Source: Mytilus californianus
Lineage: Eukaryota
Direction of reading: 5' to 3'
DNA: 64,000 bases
Assembly (NCBI RefSeq): GCF_021869535.1
Contig: NW_026262690.1
Location: 52,948,001-53,012,000, forward strand
Under the pieces are notes generated by a model. It was not told where the DNA came from and did not search any database. It saw only the letters and a program-made list of their open reading frames with translations. Positions 13,517 through 27,311 of the stretch are shown here, piece by piece. The translations under genes and the position numbers were made by a program. Each line of letters starts with the position of its first letter. Positions within the stretch are counted from its first letter, which is position 1.

Positions 13517-16500
13517 ATGACAGAAGATCAGCTAAAGGGTAAGATACGTTTATTAGATCTAGACTGAAAGATATTATTAGTGAAAAAAGCGACTGAGATA
13601 AATGTACTACAGTTGCGAATATGAATATTTGTTGACCTTTTATGATATAAAAATAGCCTACTTATCCCTTAAGTTAACACAGTAATGTAAGTACAAATAT
13701 TTCTCTTTCAGATAAGCGAGTTTAAATATTAATTTCTTTTATATTTTACTATTCAAAATTCATGGAGGCTAGTTTGACTTTCGACATCACTAAGCCGTAG
13801 CAAACTTATTTTATTTTTAAGTTCTATTGATTGTTAAAAGAATGTAATAAGAAAGATAATTTAGTCACAGAACCTCGTTAGACGAGATATTATATGCATA
13901 CTGTTTTCCCTATTTCCACTATCATCGTTTGTGACATTTACGGGTGCCACATGTGGAGCAGGATCTGCTTACCCTGAGATCACCCCCGGTTTTAGGTGGG
14001 GTTCGTGTTCCTCAATCTTTAGTTTTCTATGTTATGTTTTGTGTACTATTCTTTGTCTGTTTGTCTTTTTCTGTTTTAGCCATAGCGTTGTCAGTTTATT
14101 TTCGACTTATGTGTTTGAATGCCCCTTTGGTATCTTTCGCCTCTCTTTACATATGGTTATGATCTCATTTCCAAACGTTATTACTTTCCATAACAAAATT
14201 TTGAGTTCATTTGCCATAATATTCTGCCAAAAGGAGGGAGTAAACATCACATTTTTTCTAAATAAATCCTTTCCTCTGATCCTTTACAAGAATATAAAAA
14301 CAATATGCGCTTTCTCTTATTTTCCGGCTTAATTGCATCGTATTGTCTGTATTTATATTCGTGGGTATATCAGGATTTACATATATAAGGTATAGATAAG
14401 ACCATACGAACTGAAGGCAAAGATAAGAGCCAACAGAATATACATATAAAGATCATTATATTGATAAGAACCCACTCTATTTAATCCTATGTAATGTTGA
14501 GAAAGACAATTATTGCACCACTTTCTCGAAATAAAAAGATCTGAAAAAAGTAAATAAATGTACGTTAGAAGCATAGCCGACTTAGTAAGAACAATGATAT
14601 ATTTTGTGTCTCTTTCAGTTGTAATAAATTGTTGAACAATTAAAACTTTGTACACAAGTCGTCTAACCATTGACTATGATAAATGAATACAACAAATAAA
14701 TAGCGAATACTGCTCCTATTTCATTAATTCAACATGCATATATACATGCAAGTGTGATTCAGGAATTACCAATGTGAGATACATTGTAACTTGCGATGTT
14801 TAACCCAAATCCCAAAATCTTTTTTGCATGGATTCCAGTGAAATGAATTTAACAGATAGAAGAAAACTATTTAACTTTCCCGTGAAAGTATTAAATAAGA
14901 GAGAAGACACAAAGGGGACAATCAAAAACCTTAAGTCTAACAAAAAAAATAGCAAATGAAGAAGATAGAAATACGAAAGGACACACAACAGAAGTACGAG
15001 TTAGAAAAATGTGTTGTATACCTTTAGAAACAGATGAATTATGGAAACATTTATGGTTCTAAATCTTTATGGTAATATTTATCTTGAAACAGAATTAGAA
15101 GATACATTCTTACTTTTTGACAAAACTGGTGACCAGGAACTCGATATTGAAGAAGCAGGAAAAATGTGGAGATCAACAGGATTAAATCCGACCAAATCAG
15201 AAATACAAGAGATGTTCAACGAAATTGACCAAGATGGTAAGTTCAAAATTACAAAAAAATAAATAAATTATTGTGTCCTTTGCATTTTAGACAAATACAT
15301 TTTTTGTAGATGCACATGTTTTTGTTCTGGTAATGAATAACAAACAAAAATAGTGTTAGCCTAATATCGTGCATAGTTAAGACCATATGCCGTATAGCTA
15401 TGTACTCTTTAACAAATCTAGAGGTCACCACATATACAACTGTTTCCATAAAAAGACAAAATAATAATTGAGGTATAACTTCATGTATTTTTTCCATGAA
15501 AAAATATATATTCTTGAAACAAATTAAAATGACAGCTGGAGCGGTATAATGTAAAATCTTATATTGTTGACCTGTCAAGCTCACATGGAGTTACTGACCA
15601 ATAGGCGGGCATAGTTAAAAAAAATCTGATTGACAGAAATATGACAGACCAAGATGTTCCGTGAACTATTGCTCACAAGTGATACCTCCGCTATAAGTAT
15701 TCGGTAAACAAGCAATTGCAACAGGCAGTACTAACATTGCCTTTATGTGTAAGAATATATAAAAATGTAAACAGGAAATTGATGACCGATGGATGTAAAG
15801 GCATCAGGCGGTAAAGCATACGCAAAGAAAAATTGATATCAAATTTCAGAAATCTCTGATTTGTCCTTTCTTGGAAAAATGCGACAAAAACAATTCATGC
15901 GGAGAACTTATTGATTGACCGACAGAGGTATAGCTGTATACCACCCTCCGTCGATGTTGGGTTATAACAACAATATGAATTGCATGAATTCAAATCTGAA
16001 TGAGAATATGAAAACCACCAGTGTAAGCATTTTCTGTGCAAGCATCACCTGATATAACATTTTAAAGTTTTATCCGATAGTAAGGTTCACAGGAATTATA
16101 AAAATATAAGACAGTTACAACCCAACAACCACTTACAACCGACTAGCTTCACCGAGGAAATTAATATACAATATGAAAATAAGGAGCTGTGGTATGATTG
16201 CCCCCAAGACAACTTTCACCAGACACCAAAGAGCGAGGATCTTAGCAACTAAATGTCTCCATACGACCTTCCAAAACGACCAAATCCCATACCATATAGT
16301 AAGCTATAAAAAGCCCCGGCATATACAGATTTGGAACAATTCAAACTGGAAAGCCAACGGTCTGATTTATTCTAAAACAATAATCGAAAAAACAAAAAAA
16401 GACAAACAGCAACCAACAACAACCACTCTGAATTACGGACTCCTGCCTAGAGACACACATCAAGAATGTTTCGGGGTTTAATACGCTCAACCCTCTCCTT

Positions 16501-18775
16501 ACCTGGTTTAGTGGTATAACATGGTTGTGTATTACATGTAGTTGAAAAGGTCAGTACTCATAGATCGGTAGTTTACGTCTATTGTCTATTCCCCAATTAT
16601 TGTCACGTTATCCAATTATGTCCTTTTGGGTTGCTCACAAAATTTTGTCAAAATAACGGAACTTTAAACAACTGTCATACATGTTGAAGGTCTAGCTAGC
16701 TATACAACCAGGTTTAACCCACCATTTTCTTCAGAAAATGCCTGTACCAAGTACTGTATGGAAAATGAGTTGTTTTCCATTCGTTCCGTTGGTTTTTATA
16801 GTGGAGCGTTTATATTAAGCGCATCTATTTCATCGAAATAGAAATGCATGATACTAATACCACAGACACAGTAGTCTGCTTCATATCTTGACTTTCACAT
16901 AAAAATTGACAATGGGGATCGGTCAAAAGCTAAACTTTACGGCAAGAGAATTATTTCAGCTTTCCGATTGTGAATTTCCATGCATATGTAGAGTGCCTGG
17001 ATGTGGAGTTGATTACTCAAAGTTGATACACTATTCCAGAGCTAACATTTACTTTCCTATCATGATTTTTTGACAACGGATTGCTGTTTATAATTAACGA
17101 AGTTATTGAACCAAGGGTTCAGACTGGTAAAGAAGTTGAATTTCATCCATTCTAAAGGTTTATCGACGCTATTATAATTTGATTGACCATTATGGAATAT
17201 CTGTGTCACAGATGACCACAGATATTTTCTAATTGTCGATGCCATAATCCCGTCCTCTTTATCTCAAATATGACATCATTGAATGCAACTTATCAATGAA
17301 TTTTACTTGCCATGAACAGCACGACGGTTGCCACTAGTGGAGCAGGATTTGCTTACCCTTCTGGTGTTCACCCCGATTTTTTGTGGGTTTCGTGTAGCTC
17401 AGTCCTAAGTGTTCTGTGATGTGTTTTGTAGACTGTTGTTTGTCCTTTTGTCGTTTTTCTTTTTATCATGGTATAATTGTCTGTTTTTCTTCCAACTTAT
17501 GACATTTGGTATATTCTGTGATGGTAGCATCTATAGGTCATTGTCTGTTATGTCTTCTATCAAAGTTTCAATGATATCATATTTATACATATAGGTCGTG
17601 GAACGATCGACTGCAAAGAATTTATATCATGGATGTCAACAAATGGAAACAAGAATTTTGTTGATAACTTGGAGGAAGAAATGAGAGAAGCATTCAAAGT
17701 ATTTGATAGAAATGGTGACGGTTTCATAGATAGAAAAGAATTCAAACGTATCATGACTGAACTTGGAGACGAACCCTTGACCTCTGAAGAATTAGAAAAG
17801 CTGATGGGAAAATACGACGAAGATGGAGACGACAAAATAAGCTATGAAGGTAAACGATATAAATAATGTTACATGTGTTATATTAAAATTTTCATGTAAC
17901 AGGGGCAAAACTGTACAGATATCATATATAGACTCTTTGTAATAAGAAGTTATGTATAACACCTATTTAAACATCAGTGTGGTTATTTAGTTAGACAGTG
18001 CTTTTGTTTAAAACTTACTTATACACATATTATGCATTTTTATACCATATCGAAGCCATGAGCTTTCCTGAAAATATTCAAAACCTTATTTTGATAATGA
18101 TAAGTTATTATGAAGGAGTTTATTTATGTGTTAATTCGGCCGACTCACTAAGGCACAAACTGAATCAAGTCCTAATTAATGATAATTTTGTGCGTGAAAG
18201 GCAAAATTAAAAGATAAATTAACTACGTAAAATAACATTGTTACTTATTTATTCCAATGAAAGGTAATACCACTTATATCCAAATAGAAAATATACCAAT
18301 TACACTTACAGAAATATTTCGCCCGTGTAGGAATTCATACTCGTGACGCCAGTGGTTGCCGTGGCACTATTTAAGTTTATAAATGAAAAATACATGTGTA
18401 TCAACAATAACTATATGTATCATACAACAGTGGATCACTGGAATGTGATAAAAGCTTTTCTTTAATGCAGGAAGTTCTTTTAAAATAAGCACAAATATAT
18501 TAAAGAGGACTGACTTTTGTTAAAGGCCAAACGTGTTTGTAATATTGACCATCGTGCACTTATATTATAAGTGCAACTTATTCTATATCTATTCAAAACC
18601 GATTTTGTTGAAGAGTTATTTATACTTTCACAAATAAATAAAATTTCAGGTTCTATATTTATTACCTCCTCTTTTTGCAGAATTCATACCAGGTTTTGTT
18701 GAAATGGCGCGAATCAGAGATGCATTTGAAGTAAAAGAAGATGACGAACAAACAAACAATGAAAATGAATACTAA
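13517..18775 (+). CDS. Calmodulin-like EF-hand gene 2 with acidic C-terminal extension (171 aa from ATG 13517); exons 13514/13517-13538, 15093-15236, 17595-17849, 18681-18775
   Basis: Splice sites tttag|gcaATG...AAGG|gtaag, acag|15093...15236|gtaag, atag|17595...17849|gtaaac, ttgcag|18681...TAA join in frame. Product: [171 protein letters not shown]. Confidence 0.9.
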
Positions 18776-19221
18776 ACATCATAATTCATAATAGACTGAA
18801 ATGTTAAACATTTGTATTTGTTTTAGTTATTAGTGCAATATATTCTCATCAAGCTTCATTATTATCAATTTACACAGTTTTAGTTTGCTCTTGTCTTGCT
18901 TTTTTGGCATATACGCTGTTGTTAGCACTCAGTTTTTGTGGTCGTCCCGATAGGCAGCAACAGCGATGTTTTCACTTCAAAAAACAAAGATTATAAAAGT
19001 AAGCTTGTCAGAAATATTCGAAAGGTATACCGCAACTTCTCTGCGGAACATATTATTCTGCTGCGGATTGCCTACTTAACTTAATAAATATTCACTCGTT
19101 AGACTCAATCGCAAATACATCTGAATTATATCTATGCACATTATAGATTTAAAACAATATGTTAAAATATAAACAAAACCCATTAAATCGATGACAGTTG
19201 AATATGTAAACAGTAACTGTC

Positions 19222-19440
19222 TTTGGTTAGGTAAATATGTGGTTTTATTTCTCATTATGACGGTGACAGTTGACTATTTATACACTTATTGTCTTATGGT
19301 TAGGTAAATATGTGGTTTTATTTCTCATTATGACGGTGACAGTTGACTATTTATACACTTATTGTCTTATGGTTAGGTAAATATGTGGTTTTATTTCTCA
19401 TTATGACGGTGACAGTTGAATATTTATACAGTTACTGTCT
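19222..19440. repeat. 72-bp tandem repeat, ~3 copies, downstream of gene 2
   Basis: ggttaggtaaatatgtgg recurs at 72-bp spacing. Confidence 0.9.
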
Positions 19441-20819
19441 TTTGGTGTTTTATTTCTGTCACTGGACCCCACCAATTGCAGTTCATTTAAAATTCTTAGC
19501 AAATTGCAATTTGTTTTTTCAAACCAAACTGTTCAACTTGTCAGAAATTTCAACCAACTTATGTAGAAAACCACAGTCAAGTCATACAGGTGCAAAGGGA
19601 GAAAATAAAAACAAATTGCAAATCGTGTTTACTCATTGTAAAAGGATATATATATGTTATGTAAGTCAACATCTTTTAATGGTAGTAATATAAATTTGTG
19701 CTTCAATGATGCATTATGGGTATCAGCATGTCCTCAGGAAAAAGAGAACATTATTGGTGTTAAAAAAGTCTAGTGAACAGGTCAGAATTCTGAATCATCA
19801 GAAATCATGAACGCTATGTTAATAATTTATATTTGACTACAGTTTTATCATAATTCCTGTTGCTTGGAATTAATCAATTCATGGTACGTCAAACTTTTTG
19901 TGCATTAATATTCTATTTCACAATAAAAAAGATCAGTCCTTCGAACAAGGACATGCTTTGTAAACCATCTTACCTTGGGTACTATATAATTAAAAGGTCA
20001 GAATTTTGAATAAACTGCAATAGTTGGAGGGCAACAGTCAAGTCACAGTACATTTAGGAAAAAACCTGATATTCAATAAGGCCAACTATCGTAGTTAGTA
20101 TCAGTTTTTTATATTAAAGTTAATAAACCACATGTTTACCGAAATAAAAGACAATAGTTGTTTTATTCTATTTCCGAAAGAAAAAATATGGTAAAATGTA
20201 TGGTAAAATAATTGTCATTAAATATGTTTTTCTCGGAATATGGAATAAAACAATTATAATTGTCTTTTGTTTGGTAAAATATGCGGTTTAACTGACTTTT
20301 ATAAAAAAATATTCACTTTGGCCGTCAATAAAAACACAAAGACACAGGTATGACATAAATACTACTAAATAGTTCTTAAAAAGGAAATTTTAAATTCTAC
20401 ATTCAGACCCGTGCGCTCAAAGATGAGTCAAATAGTAAACAATCATATCATTACCACATATCAGATTAAGGCATTTTTGAACACTTGAAAGTCCCTAGTA
20501 TGTATTGGTTAACTAAATTACGCCAAAAAAACCCCTAAATATTGTTTCATCTCGGCCTCTAATAAGTGTTCTTCAACTAACCGCTCCGTGTTTTAACTAC
20601 AGGTTCCCAACTATTATCAAAGAAGTTATCATTAACTTTTGTAGTATGGCATAAGTAAATAATGAAGAGTAAAAAAAAATAAATGTTTTAGGTAAATTTC
20701 GTGCTTTTGATGGTCGACAGTTTTTACTTTTCGTCTCTCTATACTACACTTCCATACAATTTTTCAAACAAAAGTTTTCTATTTAAATAAATGGTCGTTT
20801 GAACAATCTCAGTGCAACA

Positions 20820-21530
20820 TTTGCTACATGTACAACTCATTATATCTTCTATAATGAAAAAGGCAAATATGCTAGACATACCTACTGGAAATGTGATGAG
20901 AGTGATTAAAGCTATAAATTTTCCCCTTACCAACATCTATGTACGTTTTGGCAATACAGATTATCGACAGGTTGCAGGTATTCATATGGGCATTAATTGC
21001 GCCCCTTTGATAGAAAACTTGTTCCTGTATTGTAACATCCACAGTTTATGGCAAAACTCAGTAAAGATCCGTCTCAGTTCCATTTAATTACTAAATTCAA
21101 CAACACTTACCGTTAAATAATCAAGAGTTCTGTAAATATACTGCCAAAATCTACCCAAAGAAACTTACTTTTAAATAAATAAATCATATATTAACAGCAA
21201 TAATTATCCTTTCCCAGATTCATTTATTTCAGTTGCAAACGGGAAAAACTTTACACAAATTTTCGTCAAAAGGGACGATTTTTCGTTCTCTATTGTTATT
21301 TTTTCCTTTTTTGGACGTAGATGTTTCTTTGTCTTTATCTTAAGATGTTTATATAGTTCACATTATTTGGTTCGGAATTTTGGTTGCACCTGCAGAAAAA
21401 CGTATTACAAACAGCATATCACATCCTATTTTTACGGCAATGTTGTTTATAGAGGACCGTAAATTTAGAGATTATTCTTGGAAGTTTATCGACCCTTAAA
21501 TAGACTTCATCTAAAAATATCAATTTAACT
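20820..21530 (+). mobile_element. Degenerate Penelope-like reverse-transcriptase fragment
   Basis: NIYVRFGNTDYRQVAGIHMGINCAPLIENLFLY resembles the RT motif RQxxGIPMGTNCAPLxADLFLY; stops and frameshifts follow. Confidence 0.7.
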
Positions 21531-22121
21531 CAGTATAATTGAGTGTAATAAATTTTTTGAATACTGTTTAATCGGTACAAACATTGATTTTGTTACTTAA
21601 TTAAGTAGTATTACTATACAGCTATGAACATTAACGATACTACATTCTGTCGATACTTATATTTTGACTTTGCATAAGATCGTGTTTTTCTCTGACTGTT
21701 TATGACGATTTAAATTAAATCCTTTGCATGTGTACCTTATTGATATTTTAGTGTTGAATAGATAATTTTTTATTAGATGTAATTAACTTTGAACTAGCTT
21801 TCAAAGTCTTTCTTCTGTTGTTTTTTTTTTGGTATTTTTGTTGGTTTTTATAGTTTTATATTATGTCACATTCTGCATGTGCCCATCCAAAGTGATCAGA
21901 AGCCTGTAATTTCAGTGGTTGTCGTTTGATGTTGTATATCAAATTTGTTTTTCGTTTATTATCTTGTACATAAATCAGACAGTTAGTTTTCTTGTTTAAA
22001 TTGTTTTACATTTGTCTTGTCGTGGCCTTCTATAGCTAGCTATGCAGTATGGGTTTTGCTCATTGTTAGAGGAAGTACGGTGACCTATAAATGATAGATT
22101 TTCCGTCATTTGGTGGAAATC

Positions 22122-22922
22122 TTTTATCAGCTCATTTGGCTCGAAGAGGCAGTGTGAGCTTTTGCCGACAAACATTGCCGACATGGCTAAAAAATAGAAC
22201 ATAGGGGTAAAATGCAGTTTTTGTCAATTGTCTTGAAAACTACAATTATAGATAAAGAAAATATGACAGCATCAAAAATGTTTAAAATGATGAGATCTAC
22301 TTTCTGTCTATTAACATCAAAACTGTCAGACGACTTCTTATAGAAGTTATTGCCCTTGAATGACGATTTTCCCCATTTTTAGGCTATTTTGCCAATCATA
22401 TAGAAAACTATAATAGATAAATAGAAACTTTTAATAGAAAAAATGATCAGCAAGACAAAATCTACAAATAGGTGTATGAATCGTTAGTCGATCCTTTTTG
22501 AAGTTATTGCCGTTTAATGGTTATTTTCTTCAATTTTTTGCACTTTTATCTATTATCGTAAAACTACAACATATATATAGAAATTTCAATAAAAAAAATT
22601 ACCAGCAAGACGAGATCTACAAATAAGTCATCTTGCCGAAATCTTCAGTCGACTCATTATTAGAGTTACTGCCCTTTAATATTAATTTTTACCATTTTTT
22701 AGAGGTTTTTTTTTTGCCTATTAACATGGAAACAATAATAGATAAATATAAACTTTGAATACGAAAAAAGATCAGCAGAATAAGGTCCACAAATAAATCA
22801 ACATGACTGAAATTGTCAGTTAACTCTTAATAGAAATATTTTCCTTTAATGATGATTTTTACTAAAAATTGGTCATTGTTGAATATACAGGTGAGTAACA
22901 CAGACTCTTTAGAGCCTCTAGT
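22122..22922 (-). mobile_element. HINE-like element, same family as 26325-27000, opposite orientation
   Basis: Ends match the reverse complement of AACAAGAGGCTC...GCTCACC and of the ...GGCCCGAAGGGCC...GAGCTAAAA terminus. Internal units share atggctaaaaatagaacatagg. Confidence 0.6.
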
Positions 22923-24307
22923 TTTTGTCGAGCCTGCGACTTTTGTCGCAGAAAGCTCGACATAGGGATAGTGATCCGGCGGCGGCGGCGGCGGCGTTAG
23001 CTAACTTCTTAAAAGCTTTATATTTTAGAAGATGGAAGACCTGGATGCTTCATACTTTGTATATGGATGCCTCATGTTACGAAGTTTCCGTCAGTCACAT
23101 GTCCAATGTCCTTGACCTCATTTTCATGGTTCAGTGACTACTTGAAAAAAAAGTTCAGATTTTTTGTAATGTTAAATTCTCTCTTATTATAAGTAATAGG
23201 ATAACTATATTTGGTATGTGCGTACCTTGCAAGGTCCTCATGCCCGTCAGACAGTTTTTACTTGACCTCGACCTCATTTCATGGATCAGTGAACAAGGTT
23301 AAGTTTTCGTGGTCAAGTCCATATCTCAGATACTATAAGCAATCATAGGTCTAGTACATTCGGTGTATGGAAGGACTGTAAGGTGAACATGTCCAACTGG
23401 CAGGTGTCATCTGACCTTGACCTCACTTTCATGGTTCAGTGGTTATAGTTAAGTTTTGTGTTTTGGTCTGTTTTTCTTATACTGTATGCAATAGGTCTAC
23501 TATATTTGGTGTATGGAATGATTGTAAGGTGTACATATCTAGCTGGCAGGTGTCATCTGACCTTGACCTCATTTTCATGGTTCAGTGGTTATAGTTAAGT
23601 TTTTGTGTTTTGGTCTGTTTTTCTTATTCTGTATGCAATAGGTCTACTATATTTGGTGTATGGAATGATTATAAGGTGTACATGTCTAGCTGGCAGGTGT
23701 CATCTGACCTTGACCTCATCTTCATGGTTCAGTGGTCAAAGTTAAGTTTTTGAGTTTTGGTCTTTTTTTCTAATACTGCATGCAATAGGTCAGCTATATT
23801 TGGTGTATGGAATGATTGTAAGGTGTACATGTCTAGCTTGCAGGTGTCATCTTACCTTGACCTCATTTTCATGGTTCAGTGGTCAAAGTTAAGTTTTTGA
23901 GTTTTGGTCTTTTTTTCTAATACTATATGCAATAGTTCAACTATATTTGGTGTATGGAAATATTTTATGATCTATATGTCAGTCACGCAGGTTTTATTTG
24001 ACCTTGACCTCATTTTCAAGGTTCATTGCTCAGTGTTAAGTTTTTGTGTTTTCGTCTGTTTTTCTTAAACTATAAGCAATAGGTCAACTATATTTGTTGT
24101 ATGGAAGAATTGTTAGCTGTACATGCCTGCCTAGCATGGTTCATCTGACCTTGACCTCATTTTCATGGTTCATTGGTCAATGTTTAGTTTACTTGGTTAA
24201 TGTTAAGTTTATCTGACAGTTGTAATAAAGCTTTATATTTAGGACTATCAACATAATATCAATGATTAGTAAAGAAGGCGAGACATTTCAGCGTGTGCAC
24301 TCTTGTT
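22923..24307 (-). mobile_element. HINE-like element carrying ~148-bp satellite-like tandem repeats
   Basis: Palindrome ctgcgacttttgtcgcag, a (GGC)n microsatellite, ~7 units containing gaccttgacctcattttcatggttcagtg, and a ...cactcttgtt end. Confidence 0.7.
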
Positions 24308-26056
24308 ATACATATTTATATGTAGAACTGGATTATAAATGTATATGCAGCCAGCTTTTTAGACACAGTATTATAAAGATACAGTGTATTGAAATACCAG
24401 TCCATGAAATAATATCAGCATTGTGGTTTCATGTGAAAGTGGTATTCCACTAAATAAGTAAAAAAGTAAGGTAATACCAGAGTGACAATTAAAAACATAA
24501 AGTCTAGGGAAATAATCGCCAAAGAACTATCCATAGGATACTATAGATTAAGCAAAATGGTCCCCACCAAAAACGGGAGTGAACTGTCCACCAGTGACTC
24601 CTGTTGATTTGCTCTTTTACAATTCTGGTTATAACTCGTATTAGAGATTTCCAATAAAATGACATACGTACGTAACTCGACGTACGAACCTAATGGGACT
24701 GGTTATTGCCAACCATTGAATTTGATTAAATACGTCGCTCAAGTTTAAACAAAGTATTCCAAGACTTCTAAAATCACACACTGGACTTTTCGTCCATATA
24801 AAATAATTTTATCATGACGAAAAATGATAGAAATCTTGCATTTTTATTTATCACGTGGTTTTCCAGATTCCCGCCTTTATTTTCACTGACATAAGATCAC
24901 GTATAAACACGCTTATCTCATACCTATCGTACGATTTGAGTTATCTTTCATGGTTTTGATTATGACAATTATTTTCCAATATACTTTGCAGATGAACGCC
25001 CCATTATGCTTTTTTTCTGTCTTTCTTTATAGTTTATCTATCTTTTTATTATATTTGTTGCGGGGAAAATATTTAGGATATTTTTCTGACAATTTCAGAA
25101 ATATCGAAACCTGAGTTTGTCAGAATCTGTCTCTTTATTAAAGTTGAAAATTGAGATAAAACTATCGCTTTCATTTAATTTCTAAACAAAAGTATTTTTC
25201 ATTTATTATAAAATGTATTGATAAAAAAAATCCCTATATATGTTGTTTTTAAGAATTAAAGTGTGTTCGATTAGGGATTGTTCTGTATTAATTTGTTTAA
25301 CGGGAATGCTATCGGAGTCCAAATACAAAAGACATTTCCAGGCATTTTTTTTATACCCCTTGAAGTAAATTAACTTATAGTATTTTATCTATTTTATTGA
25401 TAAACAATTAAAAGGGGTCACCGAATTCATTTTACTGAATAAATCATTAATGGAAATGTGTAAGGTAAGTAACATTGAACAACAGAATATAATAAGATTT
25501 CGTTGCCAGATGCGGATCCAGGATTTTAAAAAGGGGGGGGGGGGGGGGGGGGGGTATAGGCAATGTTAGAAGTGGAACAAAAAATAGAAGTATTAATAGG
25601 ATGTAAGGCCATATATATATAAGTGTTCGTTGCATATGCATATTTAGGACGTGAAGATGTATATAAACAAGACTTTGTATTATACCGCAGAAAGACATGT
25701 CATCCTACCCGGACACATGATTTCTACCCCGGACCGACCAATCTTTGCTCTAATTCCTAAATATTGCTTGCTTGGCAGAGAGGCAGCCAATCTTCGATTT
25801 GAAACGGGCAAGGATCGAGCCCAAGACTTCCCGCACTCGAGCAGTGGTGTAGCTTTCATTGACGCAATGAGGCAACCGCCTCGCCAAATTTTTGACCATT
25901 AAAACAGAGAGATAAAGAGAACTATATACCACGTACGTTATAGTATAAAGTATACTGAGTGACGACTGTTCAAAACATTGACTGCTTTACTCTTTACTCA
26001 CTCATTCCTCATTATTAACGTCTTGAAAACTTTCTTTCATAAAATGAACAAGACAG

Positions 26057-26290
26057 ATGCAAATATCTTTTTTAAGTAACAGAAAAAGTATACCTCGCAA
26101 AAAACTGATTCAAACAAGAGGTCATAACTGTGAAACTGATATGATGATTGATATTTTTTTTGACAATGAACTTGTTACTTTTGGTGGAAAAAGTTTTCAA
26201 CAGACACTTGGTATCCCTACATTTTATGTAGTACTCATCTACCTTGGTTAATATAAGCAAGACTTCATAGTTCACCCAGTAATTATCATC
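26057..26290 (+). mobile_element. Short Penelope-like RT fragment
   Basis: DIFFDNELVTFGGKSFQQTLGIP motif. Confidence 0.55.
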
Positions 26291-26324
26291 CATACATTTT
26301 GACCAAAGCTAAACGTACAAAGTT

Positions 26325-27000
26325 AACAAGAGGCTCTCAAGAGCCTGAATCGCTCACCTGTATTTCAGAGGAGACGATTTTTAAATGTAAGCAAACTTGA
26401 TGAACAAATTGTGTAAAATTGTCTTTAAAGGGCAATAACTCCTTAAGAGGTCAATTGACAATTATGGTCATATTAACTTTTTTGTAGATCTTACTTTGCT
26501 GAACATTATTGCTGCTTACAGTTTATATATATCTATAATATTCAAAATAATAACAAAAAACTGCAAAATTTTGTTAAAACTACCAATTCGGTGGCAGCAA
26601 CCCAACAATGGGTTGTTCGATTCGTCTGACAATTTCAGAGCTGTTAGATCTTGACCAATTGAACAATTTTACCCCATGTCAGATTTGCTCTAAAAGCTTT
26701 AGTTTTTGAGATATAAGCCAAAAACTGCATTTGATCCCTATGTTCTATTTTTAGCCATGGTGGCCATGTTTGTCGATGGATCAAAACTTCGGATACAATT
26801 TATAAACTAGATACCCTAAGGAACATTTAGTTAAAGTTTGAAGGTATTTGGCCCAGTAGTTTCAGAGGAGAAGATTTTTGAAATAGTTTACGACGACAGA
26901 CGACAACAGACGACGACAGACGACGACGACGGACGACGACGGACGCCAAGTGATGGCATAAGTTCACATGGGGCCCTTCGGGCCCCGGTGAGCTAAAAAA
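26325..27000 (+). mobile_element. HINE-like element
   Basis: 5' AACAAGAGGCTCTCAAGAGCCT hairpin, (GAC)n/(GACA) microsatellite ~26892-26945, 3' hairpin GGGCCCTTCGGGCCC, then GGTGAGCTAAAAAA. Confidence 0.7.
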
Positions 27001-27311
27001 CATAGTGGATCTTAAACTTAATATCCCCAAATCTGTACAAAAGCATTTTAGAGGAGGTCATACATACAATTCTGTCAATTATTTTTGTTTTGATCAGGAC
27101 CTGTCTGTAATTGAATACTGAGAATTAAACCTTTAAGCAGCAGTTTATTGAAATATATTGATTTAATGCGCACTATAAATATTATATCATGATAAAATTC
27201 CACAAATCTGGATTTTTCATAGATAGGATCTTTTTGCCAGTGTGTGACCTATCAAGAGTATGATCAATACATCTATTTTGCGATTCATATTTTCAATTAA
27301 CCGTCCACTCC

